Assembly: GCA_016209325.1 (NCBI GenBank)
Contig: JACQWJ010000034.1
Location: forward strand, 220 to 64,219
Direction of reading: 5' to 3'
DNA: 64,000 nucleotides
From: Candidatus Uhrbacteria bacterium
GTDB taxonomy: Bacteria > Patescibacteriota > Patescibacteriia > UBA9934 > GWF2-40-263
Of the stretch, positions 8,303 to 17,522 are shown in pieces. The translations under genes and the position numbers were made by a program. The notes under the pieces were generated by a model, which saw only the letters and a program-made list of their open reading frames with translations, ran no database searches and had not been told where the DNA came from. Positions within the stretch are counted from its first letter, which is position 1; every line of letters begins with the position of its first letter.

Positions 8303-9553
8303 TCAAATCAACTTTTGGCGTCCTTTGCCGTTGATGCGGAGCACCTCGGCGTCGAACGTTCCCTGTCCCAATTGTACCGCAACTTCCTGCCCCCCCTCAA
8401 GCGCGGAGGCGTCGCGCACCAGGCGGCCGCGGGCCGTAACGATGCCGTAACCGCGGGAGAGGATACGCTTCGGGTCGACGTTCTTCAGGACGCGCTCGTG
8501 GGCGTCCAGGCGCTCGCGCAGACGCGGAACCCACGTTTCCGTACGCGCGGAAAACCACTGCGACAAGGTCTCGAGCCGCCGCTTCTGGCGGTCGAGAACG
8601 AACGCCATCATGGCGGCCGTGCGCTCGATGAGACGGCGTCGCCTATCGACTTCCTCGGACAGGCGCTCCTCCATGTGCCGGCACAGCATACCGACCTCGA
8701 ACCCCACGTCGTCCCGGCGCGGCACCAGCCGCTCGGCCGCGTTCGACGGAGTCGAGGCGCGCACGTCGGCCACGAAGTCGCACAAGGACTCGTCGCGCTC
8801 GTGGCCAACCCCGCACACGACGGGAATCTTCGACTGGAACACGGCACGCGCCACACGCTCGTCGTTGAAGGCATGCAGGTCCTCAAGCCCGCCCCCACCG
8901 CGAATAAGGACGAGGGCGTCGGGCCGCTCGGGGGCCGACAGGGCGTTGAAGTGGGCAAAGGCGCCGAGGATCTCTGGAACCGCTTCCCTGCCCTGGACGT
9001 GCACGTGGGTGAAGTCGACCTCCAGACCGCCCCAGCGGTCGTTCAGGATGCGCAGAAAGTCGCCGTAGGCCGCCGCGTCACGGGAGGTGATGAGTCCGAT
9101 CCGCTCGGGAAAGCGCGGGAGCGGACGCTTGCGCGAAGCGTCGAAAAACCCCTCCTTCTCGAGGCGGCGCTTGAGCAGCTCGTAGGCGCGGCGGAGTGCC
9201 CCCTCGCCGACGAGCTCGATCCGCGTCACGTTGAACTTGAGCGTCCCGAAGCGCTCGTACACCTTGGGACAACCGTGGACACGGACACGCAACCCGTCCT
9301 CGACGGGGACCGCGAGCTGCCAGACCGTCATGAAGCATTTCAGGACGGCCTCCGCCTCCTCGTCCTTCAGGTCGAAGCTCACCCACTTGCTCTGCGCAAT
9401 CCGGAAGTCAGAGACCTCTCCCTCGACAGCGATCTCCTCCGAGGGCAGGACCCGGAGCGCGTCGTTGAGAAGCGACAAGTAGGCCGCGACGCGCATCACG
9501 CGCATTCCTTCGGAACCCTTCTCCTGTTCAAACGGATGCATAGCCTCGGGCAC
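8303..9553 (-). CDS. xseA: exodeoxyribonuclease VII large subunit
   Basis: N-terminal OB-fold (VEGEVSDFRIAQSKWVSFDLKDEEA), central catalytic region and coiled-coil tail typical of XseA; start may be an internal Met (MRVMRV). Confidence 0.8.
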   Translation of the reverse strand: MPEAMHPFEQEKGSEGMRVMRVAAYLSLLNDALRVLPSEEIAVEGEVSDFRIAQSKWVSFDLKDEEAEAVLKCFMTVWQLAVPVEDGLRVRVHGCPKVYERFGTLKFNVTRIELVGEGALRRAYELLKRRLEKEGFFDASRKRPLPRFPERIGLITSRDAAAYGDFLRILNDRWGGLEVDFTHVHVQGREAVPEILGAFAHFNALSAPERPDALVLIRGGGGLEDLHAFNDERVARAVFQSKIPVVCGVGHERDESLCDFVADVRASTPSNAAERLVPRRDDVGFEVGMLCRHMEERLSEEVDRRRRLIERTAAMMAFVLDRQKRRLETLSQWFSARTETWVPRLRERLDAHERVLKNVDPKRILSRGYGIVTARGRLVRDASALEGGQEVAVQLGQGTFDAEVLRINGKGRQKLI

Positions 9554-9556
9554 GCG

Positions 9557-10027
9557 TCAGATATGAAAAAAGGATGGCTGGTAATACTGAACACCCAACC
9601 ACATACCGACGGCGATGAGCAGCATGGAAATCAAAAACTCAAGCCACACGAACGGTCCCAGACGGCGCCCGAACAGGCCGAACCGAAGAAGAGGAAGGAG
9701 CACGATCCCGACCGCGAGCCAGACGCCGACGGCATAAAACAGGAGGGACGGGAGCGAATACGGAACGACGGGCAGCAGGCGCCAGTTCCGCTCGACGAGG
9801 AGGGGATAAACGCCCCCGTATCCGACGCCGACGAGCACGTGCAGGAACAGGCCCGCGAGCAGGATGCCCCGTCCAGACCAGCGCAGGTGCCAGGCCTTCT
9901 TGACGTCCGCCACGAGCGGATCGCGGTCCACAGGACCAGGCTTAGCAACCTCAAACGCGATGGCGGGAAGGGTGAGGAGAAAGGCGACCAATCCCCCGAT
10001 CGCGCCGCCGAGCAGTATGTCGTTCAT
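9557..10027 (-). CDS. hypothetical membrane protein (4 TM)
   Basis: Hydrophobic ORF; likely start MNDILLGG, since ORF-track start at 10159 would overlap upstream nuclease gene. Confidence 0.45.
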   Translation of the reverse strand: MNDILLGGAIGGLVAFLLTLPAIAFEVAKPGPVDRDPLVADVKKAWHLRWSGRGILLAGLFLHVLVGVGYGGVYPLLVERNWRLLPVVPYSLPSLLFYAVGVWLAVGIVLLPLLRFGLFGRRLGPFVWLEFLISMLLIAVGMWLGVQYYQPSFFHI

Positions 10028-10047
10028 AGAGCATTGAGCAATCGTTT

Positions 10048-11448
10048 TTATTTCGCCTCCTTCGCCACCCACTCCTTCAGCGTCCAGGTCGCCCGTACGT
10101 CGTCCTCGTTGTACTCGAGAATCTTCTTCATCACGGTCTTCTTGCGCGTAGCGAACCATTCCTCGAACCAGATGACGGCGTTCACACCGGAGGGCTCCTC
10201 GCCCCGCCAGCTGAATCCGGCGTAGGACGCCAGGTCCTTAAGCGAGTAGAACGAAAGGGGAAAGACGATCGCTGGCCGAATCAGCGCCAGCAGATCGATC
10301 AGGTTGCGCTCGAACGCCTCGCCGACGAGCGGAGACACCCCGTACTTGGCCGAAAAACGGCGCACGACCTCGCCCTCGAACGCGCCGTAATGGTAGATGG
10401 GAGCGTCGAACCGGGACTCCATGAAATCGCAAAATGCACGCCACATCTTCCCTTCCTTCTCCGGCATCTCGGCAAAGAAGGAATGATACGTCGCCTTTCC
10501 TTTTTCGACTTCGAGCACGCCAAAGAGATAATCAAAGTCGCGCAAGGGATCGCTCTCGATGTCAAAATAGAGCTCGAGTTTGGCCGCGGGAAAGGAGACA
10601 GACTCGCGGATCAGATGGCGGTCATCACGGAGAGCGATGGCCTGGTCGCGCAGGAGCTCGAAGCGGAACGGCCGCACGCCCGGAACTAGACGCTCCAGCT
10701 CCGCGACGGGCGTCGCGGTCAGTTGGGCGATGGTTTTCACTCCCGCCGCCTCGAGCGCGGCAACCTCCTCGCGCCACACCCGGTTCAGAACCGACAGGTC
10801 ATCGCACGACTCGGTCTCGCTCCGGCACACCCCGAACCAGGGCGACTGCTTGCAGGCCGAAGTCAGGAAATGCTGCGGCTTCTCCCCCGCCACGATGCGC
10901 TCGATCTCCGTTAGCGTCAGGTGGTATTCCGCCTCGAATGACTCGATGAGGTACGACAGCGCCGCCTTGTCCGGCGTCAGCACATATCCCTGGACCGGCT
11001 TCCGTCCTTGCACGCGCTCCAGCAGCTCCGCATAAAAACATCCCTGCATCTGATGTTCCTCACGGAGTTCGCGCGCGCGTTTGATGTCGCCCGCGACATA
11101 GTAATAATTTCCAAACTGCGACTGCCCCTCGACACGAACGAGGAGGTCCGGATTCCCCACCCAATGGCCGTGGACCAGCATCCCATGGTAGATGGTTTCC
11201 CTCCCCTCGCGCATGAAGGCCAACGTCTGGCGGAAGGCCTCCTCGGGGTCCTCAGCCGTCACCTCCGCCACGTCCGGCCGGTCGTTGATGATTTCCCGCT
11301 CCTTGTCCGGCATGAGCCCGTCGTTGATGAGCCGCAAGACGAGCGGATCATGGGGATTGGCCGCCTCGGTCGCGTCAAAATACACCCAACTCGGACATTT
11401 GAGGTACTTGAAGAAGGTTTGGTCGGTGATCTGGCGGGACATGGACAA
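10048..11448 (-). CDS. TM0106-family RecB-like nuclease (PD-(D/E)xK N-domain + RNaseH-like/DEDD exonuclease C-domain)
   Basis: N-terminal YFDATEAANP...C-x-C cluster of Cas4/RecB-like nucleases; C-terminal YFDIESDP...HYGAFE matches DEDD 3'-5' exonuclease motifs. Confidence 0.65.
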   Translation of the reverse strand: MSMSRQITDQTFFKYLKCPSWVYFDATEAANPHDPLVLRLINDGLMPDKEREIINDRPDVAEVTAEDPEEAFRQTLAFMREGRETIYHGMLVHGHWVGNPDLLVRVEGQSQFGNYYYVAGDIKRARELREEHQMQGCFYAELLERVQGRKPVQGYVLTPDKAALSYLIESFEAEYHLTLTEIERIVAGEKPQHFLTSACKQSPWFGVCRSETESCDDLSVLNRVWREEVAALEAAGVKTIAQLTATPVAELERLVPGVRPFRFELLRDQAIALRDDRHLIRESVSFPAAKLELYFDIESDPLRDFDYLFGVLEVEKGKATYHSFFAEMPEKEGKMWRAFCDFMESRFDAPIYHYGAFEGEVVRRFSAKYGVSPLVGEAFERNLIDLLALIRPAIVFPLSFYSLKDLASYAGFSWRGEEPSGVNAVIWFEEWFATRKKTVMKKILEYNEDDVRATWTLKEWVAKEAK

Positions 11449-11524
11449 AGTATATCACGGGAAAAGGGACTGCTTGACGATAATGGAAGCTGGTCCCCGC
11501 TGCTTTTTTCTGCTCACATCCCTC

Positions 11525-11553
11525 CTGACAAATCAGGGGATTTCCTCTATCAT
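11525..11553 (+). promoter_or_regulatory. candidate sigma70-like promoter (-35 CTGACA, 17-nt spacer, -10 TATCAT)
   Basis: CTGACA at 11525-11530 and TATCAT at 11548-11553, ~30 nt upstream of small ORF 11586. Confidence 0.25.
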
Positions 11554-11585
11554 ACCATTGAACCCCTTCCCTTCCGCACCTGCTT

Positions 11586-11809
11586 CTATGGCCTCCGTCT
11601 CTCCTCCCACAAGTGTGCCACTGCCCGCGGACAAGGCGAAAAGCCGCGCCCTGCTGCAAGCCTTCGCCAAGTTCGTGCGCGTCATGCGCGGGCTGGAGAA
11701 GGAGGAACGAACGCTTCTGGAGACGAGCTTGAAACGGATTGACGCAGCCGAAATCCAAGCCATTCAAAAAAACATGAAGCCACCCGCGGCACCCCGGTCG
11801 AATTCCTAA
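11586..11809 (+). CDS. small hypothetical protein (74 aa)
   Basis: ATG-initiated ORF ending 10 nt before start of 11819 gene; same strand, suggests two-gene operon. Confidence 0.3.
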
Positions 11810-11818
11810 CCATTCCCT

Positions 11819-13219
11819 ATGTCAGAAGCCGACACTCAGACTCCGGAACGTTCCCGAAACAAGCCGCACAGACCAAGTGAAAAAAAAGAACGAGCGTTAA
11901 AACCCATAGAAACAATCCTCTGGGACCTGAGAAGCAATCCGGACATGGACGTCTTCTCCCCCGACGCCGCGCCGAACCAGGTGGCCGCAGCTGTCGCAGA
12001 AAAAGTGGAAGAAGTAGAACAGAAGCTGCAAGAACAGCAAAGGAGGGACGGCGCCATCCTGGCAAGACGCGCCGAGGGCACGACTCAAACGTCTGCCAAG
12101 GCGAGATCGAGCGCCAAGGAGACCTTTCAAGAAGGACAAACGGATATCCAAAAGCGGGCGGAGGCAGCCGAGGCGGAATTCGTGTACGACGAAAATGCGA
12201 ACCCGGAGGTATCCGAGCGTACCGTCGACGCCATGGCCGCGTTTTGGCGTGACGTCTTGAATCAGGTGGACGGGACCCTCTTCGCAAGCTTCGCCAAGAA
12301 CAGGTTGGGAAAGCAACTCATAAACAGGGGGCTTCCACGGGAACAGCTCCCGGCTGGATTCAAGGAATTTCCCGGCGATCTGGACGCGTTCGTTCCTGAC
12401 CAATCAGCCTTGGAAAAAGCCTACAAGATATTGCAAACCTTGGGAGCCACGTTTACTTCCACACAGGATGGCCGCCCCTTCAAGCAGCTTCCGGACGGCT
12501 CCCTCCTGCTCGGGGGCGAAGTCGAGATTCCCGGCATGATCCATCGCGCAAAGAACGGCAACGTCGAACCCTTCAAGCATGAGTTCGAATTCTTCGTTCA
12601 AAATTCCGAACGCGTCATCGGCTGGCACGAACGGGAGATGCGGATTCGGACCGACGACGGCATCTGGGTGCTCGACGACGAAGCCCTCTCACGGCAGTAC
12701 GGCCGCAACCTTCGCATGGAGAAGGAGGTGGGACAGGAAGACGCGCGCGTGAGACAGGCCCTGCGCGAAAACGAGACGGCGATCCGGACGGACATCGCCT
12801 TTTGGAAGGCGGTTCCGGACGCGGCGAAGGCGGAGCTGCGCGCCGCACAGCGGTCGGCTGCGGAGGCAGGAACCAACGTCGATTACAAAACACTGGAGCA
12901 GGCAAACGGCTTGAAAGCGGGACAAGCCGAACGGATCATCGCCTTGGACGAAGCGTACCGGACACGCTACTCCCCCGAAGAAATAGAAGAATTCTACGAT
13001 CTCGACCGCAAACGTGAGGAAGCGGTAGCCGCAGGCGAAGCCAGCCAAGTGAAAGCACTCGAAGAAAAAATTACCCGGCATCTGACGGGAGGCCTGAAAA
13101 ACAAGGAGGTGAAGCGCATGCGGGACCTGAAAGATCTGCAGGACCAGCGAAGCATTCCGCCGGAAAAGGAAAAAACGGCCGCAGCGGGAGAAGAACCCTC
13201 AACGGCCCTTGCGGCGTAG
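11819..13219 (+). CDS. hypothetical protein (466 aa, highly charged, predicted coiled-coil, no TM)
   Basis: Long ATG-initiated ORF with consistent codon usage; no recognisable motif; divergent from TM0106 nuclease gene. Confidence 0.55.
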   Translation: MSEADTQTPERSRNKPHRPSEKKERALKPIETILWDLRSNPDMDVFSPDAAPNQVAAAVAEKVEEVEQKLQEQQRRDGAILARRAEGTTQTSAKARSSAKETFQEGQTDIQKRAEAAEAEFVYDENANPEVSERTVDAMAAFWRDVLNQVDGTLFASFAKNRLGKQLINRGLPREQLPAGFKEFPGDLDAFVPDQSALEKAYKILQTLGATFTSTQDGRPFKQLPDGSLLLGGEVEIPGMIHRAKNGNVEPFKHEFEFFVQNSERVIGWHEREMRIRTDDGIWVLDDEALSRQYGRNLRMEKEVGQEDARVRQALRENETAIRTDIAFWKAVPDAAKAELRAAQRSAAEAGTNVDYKTLEQANGLKAGQAERIIALDEAYRTRYSPEEIEEFYDLDRKREEAVAAGEASQVKALEEKITRHLTGGLKNKEVKRMRDLKDLQDQRSIPPEKEKTAAAGEEPSTALAA

Positions 13220-13822
13220 GTGCCATGGACGACGAAACCCCCGATTCCGGCAGTTCAATCCCGAGCAAGGGTCGCTCCGACAGTGGCTGTCGGGAATCCT
13301 GCGGCGGCGCGTCATCGACTACTGGCGGGTGGAGCGAAGGATCCGCCTGGAACCTGACGAGACACTCGACTTGCTCGAGCAGTTGGAAGCCGTTTCCGCA
13401 TGAGCCCTACGTGCAACGAAGCGAGCTTGACGGCAGGGAACGGCTTCGTCGACCTTCCTGCCCCCACGGGGGGGCGAAGGAGAAGCGTTCGTCCAAACCG
13501 AAGGGGGAACTTCGGTCTTGGGATGCGTTATATCCGGTACCGCGTCCGACGAAACCGGAGCCTCAAATCCGTAAGACACTCGTCGGCAAAACTCCCTTGA
13601 TGGAGTTTTACGTTTGAGCAAACGCATTCCCCTTCCGGGAAAAGCAGCCTATACTGGGCTTCGTCTGGACCGCTTCGTCTTGCACTCGGACGCGTCCTCG
13701 CCTCAGTACGTGCTGTTCGGCGTGCCCGAGCAGAGCGGCTGGAGACGGGAATCGAGGCGTACCAGCGGCAGATCGCCGAAAACTTCCTCGGCCACGAGGC
13801 GGCGACAGCGCTGTTCCGGAAG

Positions 13823-14179
13823 GTGACGCACCTCATCTACCGCTACGAGCCGAGGGATGGGACGGACGCGCGTCTGTGGGAAGGCTTGATGGAGGCCACC
13901 CACGAGATCGCGCTCGAGTGCCAGCGCCTCGAGCAGGCGCTCCCAAGCCCACTCACGCCCTACAGCTGGCTCCTCATATGGGCCATGGCCGCATTCGCCG
14001 CCGCGCTCCTCCTCCTGAATCGCGACCAGCCTTCCCTGTCCGCGTTCGGCGCCGCGCTGTCGCTCGGCTCCCTGTGCCTCGGCATGGACCTCCTCGTCCA
14101 GACCAGCCGGCTTTCCAAGCGCGAGGTCGCGGAGTTCCAAAACCGTTACCTGGCGAACATCGAAAAGAGCAGGGATTAA
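13823..14179 (+). CDS. hypothetical membrane protein (open frame extends upstream to ~13640, start codon unclear)
   Basis: Two TM helices (LTPYSWLLIWAMAAFAAALLLL, LSLGSLCLGMDLLV); same frame stays open upstream without ATG. Confidence 0.35.
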   Translation: MTHLIYRYEPRDGTDARLWEGLMEATHEIALECQRLEQALPSPLTPYSWLLIWAMAAFAAALLLLNRDQPSLSAFGAALSLGSLCLGMDLLVQTSRLSKREVAEFQNRYLANIEKSRD

Positions 14180-14221
14180 GACGCGCAGCATCCTCACATT
14201 TCACATGAAACCAAAAACTTT

Positions 14222-14929
14222 GTGACCGTAGCAGATGAAGCAATCACATTCGCCAAACAACATAAGGTTGAGATTTCCCGTCGATTAACCGACCCTGCCC
14301 GGTATCCTCCAAGCGCATATCCCGTTACCGTTTTCATGGCTGGTTCACCTGGTGCAGGCAAGACGGAATATTCAAAAAACCTGCTTGCGGAACTTGCCAA
14401 ACATCCTCAGCACCATCCCGTTCGCATTGATAGCGACGAACTCCGCTCCGAGATTCCTTCTTACACCGGAAATAATTCCGCAGAAATGCAGGGAGCTGTC
14501 TCGATCCTGCTTCGAGAACTGTACGAGCGGACGTTGAAAAACAACCAAACAGTTATCGTCGATGGAACATTCTCAAACTACGAGAAAGCAAAAGAGAATG
14601 TAACCCGTTCGCTTCATCGTGAACGAGAGGTATTCATTTTCTACCTGTATCAACGTCCCGAGATTGCCTGGCAATTTACCCTCGCGAGGGAAAAAGTTGA
14701 GGGTCGCCATATTCCAAAAGATGTTTTCATCCATCAATTCATTCAGGCAAAAGAAACCGTGAACCAGATTCGGAAAGATTTTCAGGAACACGTAAACATA
14801 TTCTTGGTAAAGAAAGACTTTCAAACAAATCAAGTCGCATCCGTGAACCGCATGCGTCCAGAAGATCCGGGATTGGACGCCTATCTACAAGAGACGTATA
14901 CTAAGGAGCAGCTACTAGCACTCCTATGA
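14222..14929 (+). CDS. zeta-toxin family P-loop kinase (AAA-like)
   Basis: Walker A FMAGSPGAGKTEYS, Walker B-like VIVDGTF; ~235 aa matches zeta-toxin/UDP-GlcNAc kinase fold family; AT-rich islet. Confidence 0.65.
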   Translation: MTVADEAITFAKQHKVEISRRLTDPARYPPSAYPVTVFMAGSPGAGKTEYSKNLLAELAKHPQHHPVRIDSDELRSEIPSYTGNNSAEMQGAVSILLRELYERTLKNNQTVIVDGTFSNYEKAKENVTRSLHREREVFIFYLYQRPEIAWQFTLAREKVEGRHIPKDVFIHQFIQAKETVNQIRKDFQEHVNIFLVKKDFQTNQVASVNRMRPEDPGLDAYLQETYTKEQLLALL

Positions 14930-15112
14930 TATTCTCATTTTTTTCAAAAAAAAGATGCAATGAACAGAAAAAGACTGATAACGTATCAGATTTTTTATTG
15001 CACGCTTCGGAAAAAGAAAAAATCCAACTTTTCACAAAAGTGGCACACCAAACAAATAGGGATCAGCAGGATCTCGTAGAACGCAGTAAAAACCTCCAAA
15101 CGATATAAACAA

Positions 15113-15137
15113 GACCCGCTTCATGCGGGTTTTGTTT
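15113..15137. terminator. bidirectional rho-independent terminator between convergent zeta-like gene and RT gene
   Basis: ACCCGC-TTCAT-GCGGGT hairpin followed by TTTTGTTT (plus strand); U-rich on the other strand too. Confidence 0.45.
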
Positions 15138-15181
15138 CATGGGAATGCAACAAAGCTGCAGGGAATTGATCCGGACGGAGA

Positions 15182-16180
15182 TTAAAGTGCACGATCACCT
15201 TCCAAAATTTGTTGGCTGAGTTCGTACGTATCGCCGTGACGCAGAAGACCGAGGTAAGAAGCGAGCGTTTCCGGCTTGGCGGATCCCTTCAGATTTTTTA
15301 ACATCTTTCGTTTAGTCGAGGTGCGAAGAACACGATAATGGGGAAAGTGGACCCACCCCAAAAAATCGATTCCAGAGGCAATAGAACGAAGCTCAATCTT
15401 TCGAGGATGAAGTGATAAACGCAGTCGTTGAAACAGAAACGCGTCTATTTCCTCAAGGATATTTTCGAGATATTCCCGATGCTCTGAAAACAAAACGAAA
15501 TCATCGGCATAGCGGATGTAAAGCTTCACCCGTAAGCGATGTTTTACAAACTGATCGAACGCATTCAGGTAGACATTGGCCAACATCTGCGAAGTCAGGT
15601 TCCCAAGCGGAAGCCCGATACCCTCGATCCCCGAAGAGAAACTTTGGAGAATCGTTTCGAGGAGACGGACGATCCGTTTGTCCGCGATGTATCCATCAAG
15701 CATGGTCAGCAAAACGCGCTGGTCAATGGAAGCGAAGAACTTCCGAATATCGCATGTGAGGACCCAGACGGTCTTGCGATGATTTTGCGAAACCTTGCGC
15801 GCAAAGACGTTAAACCGATCAAGCGCCTTGTGCGTTCCCTTCCCCATCCGACAGGAAAACGAATCGGCGATAAACGTCCGATCAAAAAACGGATATAATC
15901 TGCGGTACAAGGCGCGATGAAGGACCCGGTCTGCCACGGAGGCTTTGTGGATGTGCCTCGTCTTCGGATCGGAGATGATGAATGCTTGATACGGAGCGTG
16001 ACGATACGTCATGTCCGTAAGGCGCGTATGGAGAGAAAACAAATTTTCCATGAGCGACCGTTCAAACGCTTGCACGTCATCCCGTGACCGTTTTCCCTTT
16101 ACAAACTCCTGCCAAGCCTCAAGCAGATTCTCCATAGAAATAACATCCTCGTACGTATGCTGGAAGAGACTCCGGGACAT
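15182..16180 (-). CDS. reverse transcriptase of a diversity-generating retroelement (DGR)
   Basis: RT motifs incl. YADDFVLF (motif 5) and DGR-specific GLPLGNLTSQMLANVYLNAFD (motif 4 with SQ); ~330 aa with no maturase/endonuclease domain; adjacent TR/VR pair. Confidence 0.8.
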   Translation of the reverse strand: MSRSLFQHTYEDVISMENLLEAWQEFVKGKRSRDDVQAFERSLMENLFSLHTRLTDMTYRHAPYQAFIISDPKTRHIHKASVADRVLHRALYRRLYPFFDRTFIADSFSCRMGKGTHKALDRFNVFARKVSQNHRKTVWVLTCDIRKFFASIDQRVLLTMLDGYIADKRIVRLLETILQSFSSGIEGIGLPLGNLTSQMLANVYLNAFDQFVKHRLRVKLYIRYADDFVLFSEHREYLENILEEIDAFLFQRLRLSLHPRKIELRSIASGIDFLGWVHFPHYRVLRTSTKRKMLKNLKGSAKPETLASYLGLLRHGDTYELSQQILEGDRAL

Positions 16181-16215
16181 AACGCCCCTAAGGTTACCCC
16201 CCCCCCCGAACGCTT

Positions 16216-16584
16216 TTGCCAGTCTTGCAAAAGTTGAAAACCGCCTACCTCCTCTGGTTTGGGTATTGCGCCACCATCCCTAAAACGCATCGGTACACGC
16301 TCGGAAACCGCATTGACCAGTTGTTCATCGAAACCATCGAAGCCGTCAGCACGGCCGGCTTTTTGAGCCGTCAAGACAAACTCCCGTACGTACGGCTCGG
16401 CATACGAAAATTGGATACGGCGAAAATTCTCCTCCTTGTGCTGTGGGAATCAAAATCTCTGGACAACAAAAAATACATCGCCCTTTCCCGGGATGTCGAT
16501 GAAGTCGGAAGGATGCTCGGAGGATGGCATGGACAACTCACAAAACAAAACCCCGCCTCTTCCAAAGAAGGGGCGGGGAAATGA
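16216..16584 (+). CDS. avd: Avd-like accessory variability determinant (four-helix-bundle / 23S rRNA IVS family)
   Basis: 122 aa; C-terminal ILLLVLWESKSLDNKKYIALSRDVDEVGRMLGGW matches Avd/IVS family pattern (...IGKMLGGW); lies between RT and TR. Confidence 0.55.
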   Translation: MPVLQKLKTAYLLWFGYCATIPKTHRYTLGNRIDQLFIETIEAVSTAGFLSRQDKLPYVRLGIRKLDTAKILLLVLWESKSLDNKKYIALSRDVDEVGRMLGGWHGQLTKQNPASSKEGAGK

Positions 16585-16592
16585 AGAGACTG

Positions 16593-16710
16593 GCGAGGAT
16601 CGCGGACGGGTTGTTGGAGTTCCACCTGTTGTCGAGATAGTTGTAGTTCACGTACCACCGACCGTCGTTCCAGTACAGGTAGCGGACGTACAGGTTCCCG
16701 TTGGAGTCGC
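16593..16710 (-). repeat. DGR template repeat (TR)
   Basis: 118-bp block matching VR 17083-17200 at all but 15 positions; every mismatch is a T on the plus strand, i.e. an A in the minus-strand TR. Translated TR is rich in AAY (Asn/Tyr) codons. Confidence 0.8.
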
Positions 16711-17075
16711 GATCACACGTGAGACGTCTCCCATAACACTGCTTCTTGAATACTCTCAAAGCTGTATTTTATGCGCGATCTATAATCGCCTAACGTCTCA
16801 CGCCGAGTATCTTCATGAAAAGATTTTTACGTGCCACGCTATCTCAAACCGTAGCATGAAATATTCTGGGCCCAGAAAAATCGAGCTTGGCAGCAAAAAG
16901 CCATAGCCTCTCGCATATTCGCCTTGCCTAACCGCCATGATACAAAAAAACGTTCAAAACGAAAACAGGACCTCGCACACGAAGAAATCGTGGAAAGTCC
17001 TGCAAGAACGGAAAGAAAAAGGGCAAAGGGCCAAGGTCCAAAGGACAGAAGGTCCAATGTTCCAAGGCCCAAAAA

Positions 17076-17333
17076 CTAACTCGCGAGGATCGCGGACGGG
17101 ACGCTGGAGCTCCACCTGCTGACGAGATAGTAGCAGTCCACGCACCACCGACCGTCGCTCCAGTACAGGCAGCGGACGTACAGGTTCCCGCTGGAGCCGC
17201 TGAAGCCAACGGCCCAGAAAAAGATGTAGCGGGTGTTGCCCGCGGCATCCTTCTTCCAGACATCCGGGATGAGATGGACATTCTCCATCAAGGCATCCAG
17301 AATGTTGGGATGGAGGGCATCCAGTCCCTCCAT
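17076..17333 (-). CDS. DGR target (variable) protein, C-terminal portion carrying VR; frame stays open upstream to 17474 at the IS junction, so gene is likely 5'-truncated by the IS
   Basis: C-terminus ...GNLYVRCLYWSDGRWCVDCYYLVSRWSSSVPSAILAS encoded by VR; the in-frame upstream stop at 17475-17477 lies 3 nt from the putative IS end (~17481). Confidence 0.6.
   Translation of the reverse strand: MEGLDALHPNILDALMENVHLIPDVWKKDAAGNTRYIFFWAVGFSGSSGNLYVRCLYWSDGRWCVDCYYLVSRWSSSVPSAILAS
17083..17200 (-). repeat. DGR variable repeat (VR) at 3' end of target gene, with GC-rich IMH-like 3' segment
   Basis: Paired with TR, differing only at TR-adenine positions. Shared 3' segment CCCGTCCGCGATCCTCGC (minus sense), then divergence (IMH versus IMH*-like). 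Confidence 0.8.
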
Positions 17334-17522
17334 CCGACCACGGAGGTCATGGCCGAGGATGGAACCGGTCCCCTTCTGGGCCTCGTCGAGGTGCAGGAGA
17401 ACTTCCCGCCCGTTGACGAAGAGCTTGTCGCCCCGCCGTTGAACCCGGACCCAGCCCTTCTTGACGGGCGAGGTCTATAATGGACCCCAAAATTTAGACA
17501 CGCATTTCCCCTCGCATCCCCT

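Noticed and set aside
8315-10225. 636-aa plus-strand ORF spanning xseA and the next gene
   Set aside because: Antisense to two well-supported minus-strand genes (XseA motifs, membrane protein). Arg/Gly/Ala-rich low-complexity translation typical of an out-of-frame high-GC artefact.
16371-16759. Minus-strand ORFs 16371-16658 and 16538-16759 overlapping the template repeat
   Set aside because: The TR is a non-coding RNA template. The ORF covering it merely reflects its near-identity to the coding VR and lacks a plausible start or context.
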